Below are positions 1 through 9,423 of a stretch of DNA of 64,000 bases, one piece after another. Location of the stretch: NCBI GenBank assembly GCA_035533595.1, contig DATLTN010000006.1, forward strand, positions 12,566 through 76,565. The letters are read 5' to 3'. Position 1 is the stretch's first letter, and every line of letters begins with the position of its first letter. The position numbers and the translations under genes are program-made. The DNA is from Acidimicrobiales bacterium (GTDB lineage: Bacteria > Actinomycetota > Acidimicrobiia > Acidimicrobiales > Bog-793). The notes beneath the pieces are model-generated. The model ran no database searches. It worked only from the letters and a program-made list of their open reading frames with translations, and was not told where the DNA came from.

Positions 1-1279
1 CAACGGCCGCCCCGTCGGCCGCTACCTCATGTGCGTCCACGTCGAGGACGACGTCACCCAGATCGCGGTGCTGGAGGGGCGCTCGCTCATCGAGCTGCAC
101 GTCGAGCGGGCGACCGACGACGCCAACCAGATCGACGGCAACATCTACCGGGGCCGCGTGAAGAACGTCCTTCCGGGGATGGAGGCCGCCTTCGTCGACA
201 TCGGCACGCCGAAGAACGCCGTCTTGTACTGGGGCGACGTCCAGAACGACCGCGACGACGGCATCGAGCGCGACGCGGGGGCGACCCGCATCGAGCACCT
301 GCTGCGCCCCGGCCAGACGATCGTCTGCCAGGTCACGAAGAACCCGATCGGCCTGAAGGGCGCCCGTCTCACCGAGGAGGTCTCGCTTCCCGGCCGCTTC
401 GTCGTCCTCGTGCCGAACTCGAGCGCGTCTGGGATCTCCAAGCGCCTCGACGACCGCGAGCGGCGGCGGCTGCGCGGCGTCCTCGACGACATCCGACCCC
501 CGGGCCACGGCCTCATCGTGCGCACCGCGGCGGAGGGGGTGAGCGCCGACGAGCTGCGCCGCGACGTCGAGCAGCTCCTCGAGATCTGGCAGGAGATCGA
601 CGACAAGGCCCGCCACCTCTCCGCGCCGGCGCTGCTCTACTCCGAGCCGCACCTCGCCCTGCGGGCGATCCGCGAGGAGCTCACCGAGGAGTACCGGGGG
701 GTCGTGATCGACGACCCTCAGCTCCACGAGCTCGTCCGCACCTACGTCTCGGACATCGACCCGAGCCTCGCGGACCGCGTCGAGTACTACGACCCGGCAG
801 CCGAGGGCCTGCCGCTGTTCGAGCGCAACCACGTCCACGAGCAGCTGCACAAGGCGCTCGACCGCAAGGTCTGGCTCCCCTCCGGCGGGTCGCTGATCAT
901 CGAGCGCACCGAGGCGCTCACGGTGATCGACGTGAACACCGGGAAGAACGTCGGCTCCTCCTCGCTCGAGGAGACCGTCTTCCGCAACAACCTCGAAGCG
1001 GCCGAGGAGATCGCGCGCCAGCTGCGGCTGCGCGACATCGGCGGCATCATCGTCATCGACTTCATCGACATGGAGGTGAAGGGCAACCGCCAGGAGGTCA
1101 CCGGCACGCTGCGCGCCGCGCTCTCGCGCGACAAGACCCCCACCCAGGTCTTCGACATCTCTGAGCTCGGCCTCGTCGAGATGACCCGCAAGCGCGTCGG
1201 GGAGGGCCTCGTCGAGACGCTCTCGGAGACCTGCCCGATGTGCAAGGGGCGGGGGATCGTCTTCGGCGACGAGCTCTGA
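1..1279 (+). CDS. rne: Ribonuclease E/G family endoribonuclease (5' end outside window)
   Basis: ORF 29..1279 stays open in frame back to base 2 (NGRPVGRYL-MCVHV). It has the S1-domain motif GNIYRGRVKNVLPGMEAAFVDIG, core motifs TEALTVIDVNTG and IIVIDFIDM, and a C-terminal CPMCKGRG. It sits in the rne-rplU-rpmA-obg synteny typical of actinobacteria. Confidence 0.9.
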   Translation, partial: NGRPVGRYLMCVHVEDDVTQIAVLEGRSLIELHVERATDDANQIDGNIYRGRVKNVLPGMEAAFVDIGTPKNAVLYWGDVQNDRDDGIERDAGATRIEHLLRPGQTIVCQVTKNPIGLKGARLTEEVSLPGRFVVLVPNSSASGISKRLDDRERRRLRGVLDDIRPPGHGLIVRTAAEGVSADELRRDVEQLLEIWQEIDDKARHLSAPALLYSEPHLALRAIREELTEEYRGVVIDDPQLHELVRTYVSDIDPSLADRVEYYDPAAEGLPLFERNHVHEQLHKALDRKVWLPSGGSLIIERTEALTVIDVNTGKNVGSSSLEETVFRNNLEAAEEIARQLRLRDIGGIIVIDFIDMEVKGNRQEVTGTLRAALSRDKTPTQVFDISELGLVEMTRKRVGEGLVETLSETCPMCKGRGIVFGDEL

Positions 1280-1343
1280 TCCCTCCTCGGGCTCGATTTC
1301 GCCGGTGAGGCCCTCCCCGGGGCCCTGGTAAGGTGGCAGCCCT

Positions 1344-1685
1344 ATGTACGCAGTGATTTCGATCGGCGGGAAGCAAGCGCGCGTCGCTGTCGGCGACGTC
1401 GTCGAGGTGGAGCTCGTCGCAGAGGGCAACGGGGAGACGGTGACCTTCGCGCCGCTCCTCGTCGTCGACGGCGAGCAGGTGGTCGTGGAGCCCGGCGACC
1501 TCGGGGCCTACACGGTCTCGGGAGTCGTGACCGGGGAGTCCAAGGGCCCGAAGATCACCGGCTTCACCTACCAGGCCAAGGCCCGCCGGCGCCGCCGCTA
1601 CGGCCACCGCCAGCACTACACGACGGTGGAGATCACCGAGATCGCCGGTGCGAAGACCCGCACCGCGGCGCGAAGCGAGGCCTAG
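1344..1685 (+). CDS. rplU: 50S ribosomal protein L21
   Basis: The N-terminus MYAVISIGGKQARVAVGDVVEVE is the canonical L21 signature. The gene lies directly upstream of rpmA. Confidence 0.95.
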   Translation: MYAVISIGGKQARVAVGDVVEVELVAEGNGETVTFAPLLVVDGEQVVVEPGDLGAYTVSGVVTGESKGPKITGFTYQAKARRRRRYGHRQHYTTVEITEIAGAKTRTAARSEA

Positions 1686-1943
1686 ATGTCAAAGACCAAA
1701 GGTGGCGGCTCCACCCGCAACGGCCGGGACTCCAACTCCCAGCGCCTCGGCGTGAAGGCCTCCGACGGCAGCCTCGTCACGGCGGGGTCGATCATCATCC
1801 GCCAGCGCGGGACGCGCTTCCACCCCGGGCGCAACGTCGGCCGGGGCCACGACGACACGCTCTTCGCGATGACCCACGGCACGGTCCGCTTCGGCGCGCG
1901 CGCCGGGCGGCGCCTCGTCGACATCGTCCCCGCCGAGGGCTGA
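1686..1943 (+). CDS. rpmA: 50S ribosomal protein L27
   Basis: [44 protein letters not shown] is the canonical L27 sequence. Confidence 0.95.
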   Translation: MSKTKGGGSTRNGRDSNSQRLGVKASDGSLVTAGSIIIRQRGTRFHPGRNVGRGHDDTLFAMTHGTVRFGARAGRRLVDIVPAEG

Positions 1944-1982
1944 TCCCGTTTCGCGGCGCTGCGCGCCGCGAGAGGCTCACTG

Positions 1983-3251
1983 ATGGCTGGCTTCGTCGAC
2001 GAGGCCCAGATCCACGTCAAGGCGGGAAACGGTGGCGCGGGCGCGGTCGCCTTCCGCCGCGAGGCGCACGTCTCCCACGGCGGTCCCGCGGGAGGTGACG
2101 GCGGCGACGGCGGCGACGTGATCCTCGAGGCGACCACCGACGTCGTCTCCCTGCTCTCCTTCCGCGACCACCCGCACCGCCGTGGCGAGAGCGGTGTGCA
2201 CGGCAGCGGCTCCAACAAGCACGGCCACCGCGGCGACGCGGTGGTCGTCCCCGTCCCCGTCGGCACGGTGGTGCGGACCCTCGAGGGGCAGGTGCTCGCC
2301 GACCTCGCCGAGCCCGGCGACCGCCTCGTGGCGGCGGCCGGGGGGCGCGGCGGGAAGGGCAACGCGCGCTTCCTCTCGAACCGCCTGCGCGCCCCCGCCT
2401 TCGCCGAGCAGGCCGAGCTCGGGGAGGAGCGCTGGCTCAACCTCGAGCTGAAGCTGCTCGCCGACGTGGCGCTCGTCGGCTTCCCGAACGTCGGCAAGTC
2501 GACGCTCATCTCGCGTATCTCGGCGGCCAAGCCGAAGATCGCCGACTACCCGTTCACCACCCTCGAGCCGAACCTCGGCGTCGTCCGCCGCGAGCTCGGA
2601 GGGGAGGCCTTCGAGTACACGGTCGCGGACATCCCGGGGCTGATCGAGGGCGCGAGCGAGGGGCGGGGCCTCGGCTTCCAGTTCCTCCGCCACGTCGAGC
2701 GGGCACGGGTGCTGCTCGTCATCGCCGACCTCTCCGAGCTGGCGCCGCTCCCGCCCGCCGAGCAGGTGAAGGTGCTGATCGGCGAGCTCGGCAACTTCCG
2801 CCCCGAGCTCCTCGAGCGGCCGCGCCTCGTGATCGGCTCGAAGAGCGACCTCGTGCCCGACGTGCCCGCCGCCGTCGAGGAGTCCGCGGACGTCGCGTTC
2901 GCGATCTCCGCGGTCACCGGCGAGAACGTCGAGACCCTCGTCCGCCGCCTCGGGACCCTCGTCGAGGAGATGCGGCGCGCCCTCCCGCAGCGCTCGACCG
3001 TCCCCGTCGTGCACCGCCCCGAGGCCGAGGGCTTCGCGATCAGCCGCCAGGGCGAGGACTTCGTCGTCGAGGGGCGGACCGCCGAGCGCGCCGTGGCGCT
3101 GAGCGACCTCACCAACCCCGATGCGATCGCCGAGGCGCAGCGGCGCCTCAAGTCGCTCGGGGTCGACCGGGCGCTCGAGCGCGCCGGGGCCAAGGAGGGC
3201 GACACCGTGCACATCGGGAGCCTCGTCTTCACCCACGACGGCCAGCGCTGA
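1983..3251 (+). CDS. obg: GTPase Obg/CgtA
   Basis: It has the Obg-fold N-terminus FVDEAQIHVKAGNGGAGAVAFRRE plus a Gly-rich GGDGGDGGDV, then G1 GFPNVGKST and G3 DIPGLIEGA. A C-terminal extension domain is present. Confidence 0.95.
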   Translation: MAGFVDEAQIHVKAGNGGAGAVAFRREAHVSHGGPAGGDGGDGGDVILEATTDVVSLLSFRDHPHRRGESGVHGSGSNKHGHRGDAVVVPVPVGTVVRTLEGQVLADLAEPGDRLVAAAGGRGGKGNARFLSNRLRAPAFAEQAELGEERWLNLELKLLADVALVGFPNVGKSTLISRISAAKPKIADYPFTTLEPNLGVVRRELGGEAFEYTVADIPGLIEGASEGRGLGFQFLRHVERARVLLVIADLSELAPLPPAEQVKVLIGELGNFRPELLERPRLVIGSKSDLVPDVPAAVEESADVAFAISAVTGENVETLVRRLGTLVEEMRRALPQRSTVPVVHRPEAEGFAISRQGEDFVVEGRTAERAVALSDLTNPDAIAEAQRRLKSLGVDRALERAGAKEGDTVHIGSLVFTHDGQR

Positions 3252-3279
3252 GGCGCGGGGCCGACACCTAGGCGCTGCG

Positions 3280-4398
3280 ATGATCGTCGTCGCGAAGATC
3301 GGGACCTCCTCGGTGACGACCGAGGAGGGGACCGTCGACGAGGCCGCCGTCGCAAAGCTCTGCGCCGAGGTCGCGGCGCTGCGGCGCGAGGGGCACTCGG
3401 TCGTCGTCGTCACCTCGGGCGCGGTCACCGCCGGCGTCGCCGCGCTGCGCCCCACCGGCGGGCGCCCCGCTGACCCGATCTCCCTGCAGGCCCTCTCCGC
3501 GGTCGGCCAGCACCGCCTGATGCGCGTCTACGACGACGCGCTCGCCACCGAGGGGCTGCACGGCGGCCAGGTGCTGCTCGCTCCGCTCGACTTCGGCGAC
3601 CGCCGTCACTACCTGCACGCCCGCACGACGCTGCTCCGCCTCCTCGACTTCGGCGCGGTGCCGATCGTGAACGAGAACGACGCCGTCGCCGACGACGAGA
3701 TCCGCTTCGGCGACAACGACCGCATCGCCGCGCTCGTCGCCAACCTGCTCGGGGCGGACCTTCTCGTTCTCCTCACCGACCTCCCCGGCCTCTTCGACGC
3801 CGACCCGCGGCTGTTCGCCGACGCCTCCCTCGTCGAGGAGGTGACCGCCATCGACGAGGCGCTCGAGCTCGCCGCCGGTGGCCCCGGCAGCGTGCGCTCG
3901 AGCGGCGGGATGGCGGCCAAGCTCGCCGCGGCGCGCATGGCCTCGTGGTCGGGGGTGCGGGTGGTGATCGCCTCCGCGACGCGGCCCGGGGTGCTCGCCG
4001 ACGCCGTCGCCGGCCGGGCGGGCGTCGGGACCGTGGTCGCACCGCTTGCGCGCCGCCTCCCGGCGCGCAAGCTCTGGATCGCCTTCGCGCTGCCGGCCGT
4101 CGGGCGGGTGGTCGTCGACGCCGGGGCGCGGCGCGCGCTCTTGGAGCAGGAGGCCTCGCTCCTCCCCGCGGGCGTCGTCTCGGTCGAGGGTGCCTTCGGC
4201 GTCGACGACGCGGTCGAGGTCGTGACCGAGAGCGGGGAGGTCTTCGCCAAGGGGATCGCCCGCCTCGCCTCGGCGAACGCGGAGCAGTGGCGGGGGCGGC
4301 GGACCCACGAGCTCGCGGCCGGGCTGGCCCGTGAGCTCGTCCACCGCGACGACCTCGTCGTGCTGGTCGGCGCCGTGAGCCGCCGCCCCTCGTCCTGA
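3280..4398 (+). CDS. proB: Glutamate 5-kinase (with C-terminal PUA domain)
   Basis: MIVVAKIGTSSVT and NENDAVADDEIRFGDND are amino-acid-kinase motifs. I moved the start to ATG 3280 because the upstream part of ORF 3121.. overlaps obg and is Arg/Ser junk. Confidence 0.92.
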   Translation: MIVVAKIGTSSVTTEEGTVDEAAVAKLCAEVAALRREGHSVVVVTSGAVTAGVAALRPTGGRPADPISLQALSAVGQHRLMRVYDDALATEGLHGGQVLLAPLDFGDRRHYLHARTTLLRLLDFGAVPIVNENDAVADDEIRFGDNDRIAALVANLLGADLLVLLTDLPGLFDADPRLFADASLVEEVTAIDEALELAAGGPGSVRSSGGMAAKLAAARMASWSGVRVVIASATRPGVLADAVAGRAGVGTVVAPLARRLPARKLWIAFALPAVGRVVVDAGARRALLEQEASLLPAGVVSVEGAFGVDDAVEVVTESGEVFAKGIARLASANAEQWRGRRTHELAAGLARELVHRDDLVVLVGAVSRRPSS

Positions 4399-4430
4399 GG
4401 CCCCCCGGCGGGGCGTTGATAGCCTTGCGC

Positions 4431-5678
4431 ATGGCTTCTTCCACCCTGAGCGAGCTCGGCGCCCGCGCCCGCGCCGCGGCGCGCGCCCTCGCCGCGAGCT
4501 CGACGCGCGAGCGCGACGACGCGCTCGCCTTCGCCGCCGAGGCGCTCGAACGCCACGTCGAGCAGATCCTCGCCGCCAACGCGCTCGACATCGCCCGCGC
4601 CGAGGAGTCGGGGGCGGGCGCGACCGTCGTCGACCGCCTGGCGCTCGACCCCGGCCGGGTGAGCCAGATGGCCGCCGGGCTGCTGAGTGTCGCGCAGCTG
4701 CCCGATCCCGTCGGCCAGGTGGTCGAGGGCTACGTGCGGCCGAACGGGCTCGTGGTGCGGCGGGTGCGCGTCCCGCTCGGGGTGATCGGCATCGTCTACG
4801 AGAACCGCCCGAACGTCACCTCCGACGCCGCCGCGCTCTGCCTGAAGGCGGGGAACGCGGCGCTGCTGCGCGGCTCGGCCGGCGCGCTCGAGTCCAACCG
4901 GGCCGTGGCCGCGGCGCTGCGCGAGGGGATCGACAAGGCGGGCCTCCCGGCCGACGCCGTCCTCCTCGTCGAGGACGTGGCGCGCGAGACCGTCGAGGAG
5001 TTCGTGCGCATGCGCGGCGTCATCGACCTGCTCATCCCCCGCGGTGGGCCTGGCCTCGTCGGCATGGTCCTCGAGCGGGCGACGGTGCCCTTCGTCATCG
5101 ACGGGGACGGGAACTGCCACGTCTACGTCGACGAGAGCGCCGACCTCGAGGTCGCCGAGCGGGTCGTCGTCAACGCGAAGACCCAGCGCCCGAGCGTCTG
5201 CAACGCGATGGAGACGCTGCTCGTCCACCGCTCCGTCGCGCCCGAGCTCCTCGCCCGCCTCGACGGCCCGCTCGCGCAGGTCGAGCTCGTCGGCGACGGG
5301 GCGACGCGCGCGCTGCTGGCGCGCGCCGGGGAGGCGACCGAGGAGGACTACGCGACGGAGTTCCTCGACCTGAAGATGGCGGTGAAGGTCGTCGACTCGC
5401 TCGACGAGGCGATCGAGCACATCGCCCGCTACTCGACGGGCCACTCCGAGGCGATCATCACCCGCGACCTCGCCAACTCGACCCGCTTCTGCCGGGAGGT
5501 CGACGCCGCCGCGGTCCTCGTCAACGCCTCGACCCGTTTCGTCGACGGCGGCGAGCTCGGCCTCGGGGCCGAGATCGGGATCTCCACGCAGAAGCTGCAC
5601 GCGCGCGGGCCGATGGGGCTCGTCGCGCTCACCTCGGTGAAGTACGTCATCGAGGGGAACGGCCAGGTTCGCGCGTGA
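4431..5678 (+). CDS. proA: Gamma-glutamyl phosphate reductase
   Basis: VRVPLGVIGIVYENRPNVT and the catalytic-Cys region RPSVCNAMETLLVH are present. I prefer ATG 4431 over the TTG at 4416. Confidence 0.92.
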   Translation: MASSTLSELGARARAAARALAASSTRERDDALAFAAEALERHVEQILAANALDIARAEESGAGATVVDRLALDPGRVSQMAAGLLSVAQLPDPVGQVVEGYVRPNGLVVRRVRVPLGVIGIVYENRPNVTSDAAALCLKAGNAALLRGSAGALESNRAVAAALREGIDKAGLPADAVLLVEDVARETVEEFVRMRGVIDLLIPRGGPGLVGMVLERATVPFVIDGDGNCHVYVDESADLEVAERVVVNAKTQRPSVCNAMETLLVHRSVAPELLARLDGPLAQVELVGDGATRALLARAGEATEEDYATEFLDLKMAVKVVDSLDEAIEHIARYSTGHSEAIITRDLANSTRFCREVDAAAVLVNASTRFVDGGELGLGAEIGISTQKLHARGPMGLVALTSVKYVIEGNGQVRA

Positions 5679-6586
5679 GCCCGGGCTCGCCCGGGTTCGA
5701 CTCCATCGACGAGGCCTTCCGCCTGCTCTCCGAGGTCGGCTACCTGGCCGACAAGGAGATCGCGACCATCGTCTACCTCGCGGCGCGCCTCGAGAAGCCG
5801 ATCCTCGTCGAGGGGCCGGCCGGGACCGGCAAGACCGAGCTCGCGAAGTCCGTCGCGCTGGCGCTCGGGCTGCGCCTCATCCGGCTGCAGTGCTACGAGG
5901 GCCTCGACGAGGCGAAGGTCCTCTACGAGTGGGACTACCGCAAGCAGCTGCTGCGCATCCAGGTCGAGCGCCAGGCGAGCGGCGACGCCGGGCCGAGCTG
6001 GTCCGAGGTGGAGAGCGACATCTTCTCCGAGGACTTCCTCCTCGCCCGCCCCGTGCTGCAGGCGATCAGCTCGACGACGCCGACGGTGCTGCTCATCGAC
6101 GAGATCGACCGCGTCGAGCTCGAGACCGAGGCCCTCCTCCTCGAGGTGCTCTCGGACTACCAGGTGTCGATCCCCGAGCTCGGCACCGTCGAGGCGGTCG
6201 GCCGCCCCCTCGTCTTCCTCACCTCGAACGGCACCCGCGAGCTCTCCGAGGCGCTGAAGCGCCGCTGCCTCTACCTCTACCTCGACTACCCGAGCCTCGA
6301 GCGGGAGCGCTCGATCGTCCTCGAGCGGGTGCCGGGGATCGACGTGCACCTCGCCGAGGAGGTGGTGCGCGTCGTCGCGATGCTGCGCGGCCTCGAGCTC
6401 GAGAAGCGGCCCTCGATCTCTGAGACCCTCGACTGGGCGCGCACCCTCGTGATCCTCGGCGCCGAGCACGCCGACGCCGAGACGACGCGCTCCACTCTCA
6501 ACCTCCTCCTCAAGTACCGGGGCGACCTCGAGACCGCGGCCCGCGAGCTCACGACCCTCGGCGCCGAGGGCACGGCCGGCCCGTGA
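5675..6586 (+). CDS. MoxR-like AAA+ ATPase (CoxD-like subgroup)
   Basis: Walker A is VEGPAGTGKTE and Walker B is VLLIDEIDR. The size fits AAA_5/MoxR proteins. The GTG start overlaps the proA stop (GTGA). Confidence 0.85.
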   Translation: MSPGSPGFDSIDEAFRLLSEVGYLADKEIATIVYLAARLEKPILVEGPAGTGKTELAKSVALALGLRLIRLQCYEGLDEAKVLYEWDYRKQLLRIQVERQASGDAGPSWSEVESDIFSEDFLLARPVLQAISSTTPTVLLIDEIDRVELETEALLLEVLSDYQVSIPELGTVEAVGRPLVFLTSNGTRELSEALKRRCLYLYLDYPSLERERSIVLERVPGIDVHLAEEVVRVVAMLRGLELEKRPSISETLDWARTLVILGAEHADAETTRSTLNLLLKYRGDLETAARELTTLGAEGTAGP

Positions 6587-8022
6587 TCGACGTCCTCTCG
6601 CGCTTCATCGTGGAGCTGCGGGAGTCGGGCGTGCCGGTCTCCACCCGCGAGTCGATCGACGCCGCGGTCGCGGTCGAGAAGATCCCGCTGCTCGACCGCG
6701 CCGCCCTCAGGAGCGCGCTCGGCGCGACCCTCGTGAAGTCGCCGGCGCACCGCAAGGCCTTCGAGGCGGCCTTCGAGGTCTTCTTCTCGCTGCGCGGCGC
6801 GCCGCCGCTCGTCGAGGAGGTGCTCACCGGCGGCGACGGGGAGGCCCTGCCGGTGGCGACGGGCGGCGAGACGCCCGGCGTCGGCGGCCGCCCGGGCGCG
6901 ATGCCGACCCCCGACGAGCTCACGGCGATGCTGCGCGAGGCGCTCGTGAGCGGCTCCGCCGAGGCGCTCGGCCTCGCCTCGCGCCTCGCGGTGGCGCTCT
7001 ACGGCGGGGTGGAGGCCTCCCGCCCGGTCGGCATCTCCTACTACCTGCACCGGACGCTGCGCGGTGTCGACCTCGAGGGCCTCCTCGAGTCGCTGCTGCG
7101 CGCCGGCGCAGGTGCCGGGGAGCTCCTCGGCCTCGCCGGGCAGGGGGCGCTGCGCGAGCGGTTCGCGGCGGACGAGCTCTCCCGGCGCGCCGCGCAGTTC
7201 CGCGAGCTCGTCGAGGCCGAGATCCGCCGCCTCCTCGTCGACGGGCGCGGCGCGGGAGCGGTCGCGCGCGGCGTGCGCCGCCCCCTCGTCGAGGACGTCG
7301 ACTTCATGCACGCCTCGCGCGAGGAGCTCGTCGCGATGCGCCGCTCGATCTATCCCCTCGCCCGCATCCTCGCCGCCCGCCTCGCCCGCCGGCGGCGGCG
7401 GGGCCGGCGGGGGCCGCTCGACTTCCGGGCGACGATCCGTCGCTCCCTCTCCCAGGGAGGGGTGCCCCTCGACCCGCGCTTCCGCCCGCCCCGCCCGGCG
7501 CGCCCCGAGCTCTTCGTCCTCGCCGACGTCTCGGGCTCGGTGGCCTCCTTCGCCCGCTTCACCGTGCTCCTCGTCTACGCGATCGCGGCGGAGTTCTCCA
7601 AGGTGCGCACCGCGGTCTTCATCGACGGCGTCGACGAGGTGACCGGCCTGCTCCGCCGCTCGACCTCGATGGCCGACGCCATCGAGCGCCTCGCGCGCGA
7701 GGCCGACGTCGTGCACGGTGACGGCCACTCGAACTACGGGAGCGCCTTCGCGCTCTTCCGCGAGCGTTACGGCCGCCAGCTCACCCCGAAGACCGACCTG
7801 CTCATCCTCGGCGACGCGCGCAACAACTACCACTCCTCGGGCGCCGAGGAGCTCGCCGAGCTGCGACGCCGCGCGCACCGCGTGCTGTGGCTGAACCCCG
7901 AGCCGCGGGCCTACTGGGGCAGCGGCGATTCGATCATCGCCGAGTACGCTCGCCACTGCGATGGGGTGTACGAGTGCCGCAACCTGCGCCAGCTGCAGGA
8001 CTTCATCGACGAGCTCGCCTGA
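6583..8022 (+). CDS. VWA domain-containing protein (CoxE-like)
   Basis: The C-terminal VWA domain carries the MIDAS motif LADVSGSV. The gene overlaps the preceding MoxR gene by 4 nt, the classic MoxR/VWA pairing. Confidence 0.8.
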   Translation: MIDVLSRFIVELRESGVPVSTRESIDAAVAVEKIPLLDRAALRSALGATLVKSPAHRKAFEAAFEVFFSLRGAPPLVEEVLTGGDGEALPVATGGETPGVGGRPGAMPTPDELTAMLREALVSGSAEALGLASRLAVALYGGVEASRPVGISYYLHRTLRGVDLEGLLESLLRAGAGAGELLGLAGQGALRERFAADELSRRAAQFRELVEAEIRRLLVDGRGAGAVARGVRRPLVEDVDFMHASREELVAMRRSIYPLARILAARLARRRRRGRRGPLDFRATIRRSLSQGGVPLDPRFRPPRPARPELFVLADVSGSVASFARFTVLLVYAIAAEFSKVRTAVFIDGVDEVTGLLRRSTSMADAIERLAREADVVHGDGHSNYGSAFALFRERYGRQLTPKTDLLILGDARNNYHSSGAEELAELRRRAHRVLWLNPEPRAYWGSGDSIIAEYARHCDGVYECRNLRQLQDFIDELA

Positions 8023-8061
8023 GCGACCCGGCCACGCCCGCGCCTGCCGGCGCCAGCGCAG

Positions 8062-8595
8062 GTGAGCCTCCCCGTCGAGCCGCAAGCCGCGACCCCCGAG
8101 CTCTTCCGCAGCGTGCTCTCGAACTTCGCGACCGGCGTGACGATCATCACCGCCCGTGACGGCGAGGAGATCGTCGGGATGAGCGCCAACTCGTTCACCT
8201 CGGTCTCGCTCGAGCCGCCGCTCGTGGCCTTCTGCGCGGCGCGCTCCTCGACCACCTATCCCCGGATCCGCCGCGCCGGGGGCTTCTGCGTGAACGTGCT
8301 CGCCGACGACCAGGCGGAGCTGGCCAAGCTCTTCTCGCGGCTCGGCGTCGACCGCTTCGCGGAGATCTCCTGGGGCCCCGCGCCCTCCGGCGCCGCGATC
8401 CTCGAGGGGGTGCTCGCCTGGGTGGACTGCACGATCACCGCCGAGCACCCCGCGGGCGACCACGTGATCGTCGTCGGCGAGGTCCGCTACCTCGGCGCCG
8501 CCCCGGCGCGTTCGCCGCTGCTGTTCTTCCAGAGCAGCTACGGGATGGAGGAGGCGACGGTGCCGCTCGGCGGCACGCCGCCGCCGACCAGCTGA
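8062..8595 (+). CDS. Flavin reductase family protein
   Basis: FRSVLSNFATGVTIITA...SANSFTSVSLEPPLVAF matches the flavin reductase-like FMN-binding domain pattern. Confidence 0.8.
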   Translation: MSLPVEPQAATPELFRSVLSNFATGVTIITARDGEEIVGMSANSFTSVSLEPPLVAFCAARSSTTYPRIRRAGGFCVNVLADDQAELAKLFSRLGVDRFAEISWGPAPSGAAILEGVLAWVDCTITAEHPAGDHVIVVGEVRYLGAAPARSPLLFFQSSYGMEEATVPLGGTPPPTS

Positions 8596-8628
8596 CCCGC
8601 CGGCGCCGCGCACTTGTAGCGTGACGGG

Positions 8629-9345
8629 GTGACCGCCGCCGCCCCCACGCTCGGGATCGAGACGGGGACGCGCCTCGCCGTCATCCGTCACGGGGAGGCG
8701 ATCTGCAACGCCGAGGGCTTCGTCGGTGGCCTCCGCAGCTGCCGCGGCCTCACCGCGCTCGGCCGCCTGCAGAGCGAGGCGCTCGCCGAGCGGCTGCGCG
8801 CCACCGGTGAGCTCGCGGAGCCGGCAGCGCTGTGGACGAGCGTGCTGCCGCGCGCCTACGAGACCGCGGAGATTATCGCCCCCGCGCTCGGTGCCCCGAG
8901 GATCGAGCGCTCCGCCTCGCTCTCCGAGCGCGAGCCGGGTGTCGCCGACGGCCTCAGCTGGGCCGAGCTCGCCCGCCGCTTCGGGCGCTCCTCGACACCG
9001 GGTGACGAGCCCGACCTCCCGCTCGCGCCGGGGGGCGAGAGCTGGGTGGCCTTCGTCGCCCGCGCCGCCGGCGCGCTCCTCGACCTCGCCCGCGCCCATC
9101 CCGGCGGCCTCGTCGTGGTGGTCTCGCACGGCGGGGTCATCGACTCCTCGCTGATCTCCTTCCTCGGCCTCTCCGAGCACGGCAACGGGGTGCGCCTGCA
9201 CGTCGACAACACCTCGATCACCGAGTGGCGCCACACCGGCCGGCGCTGGCGACTCGTCCGCTACAACGACGCCGCCCACCTCCACGCGGCCTCCGGGCCG
9301 CTGCACGCCGAGCCGCCGGAGTGGGTCTTCAAGGAGTCCCCCTAG
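8629..9345 (+). CDS. Histidine phosphatase family protein (phosphoglycerate mutase-like)
   Basis: It has the catalytic RHG motif (LAVIRHGEA) and a distal VVVSHGGVI motif. Confidence 0.8.
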   Translation: MTAAAPTLGIETGTRLAVIRHGEAICNAEGFVGGLRSCRGLTALGRLQSEALAERLRATGELAEPAALWTSVLPRAYETAEIIAPALGAPRIERSASLSEREPGVADGLSWAELARRFGRSSTPGDEPDLPLAPGGESWVAFVARAAGALLDLARAHPGGLVVVVSHGGVIDSSLISFLGLSEHGNGVRLHVDNTSITEWRHTGRRWRLVRYNDAAHLHAASGPLHAEPPEWVFKESP

Positions 9346-9423
9346 GAGTCGTCGCTCGCGGCGCGCCGTCGCCGGCCCTCTCACCGACGTGTACCGCCGC
9401 GGCGGGCATGCGACACTTCTGCG

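Noticed and set aside
3609-5600. A 663-aa minus-strand ORF, and similar long ORFs at 10300..12972, 27109..29871, 44722..46485, 54604..56232 and 57097..59316.
   Set aside because: All are antisense or out of frame to genes with strong signatures (proB/proA, GH3, rseP/ispG, oxidoreductase, wzt, SpoIID). All have the Arg/Ala/Gly/Pro-dominated composition of non-coding frames in GC-rich DNA.
5675-8022. The MoxR-VWA pair considered as an NTP-dependent conflict or anti-phage system.
   Set aside because: The reported conflict versions include additional effector or propeller components and sit in variable islands. Here there is only a CoxD/CoxE-like pair, translationally coupled to proA, with metabolic neighbours.
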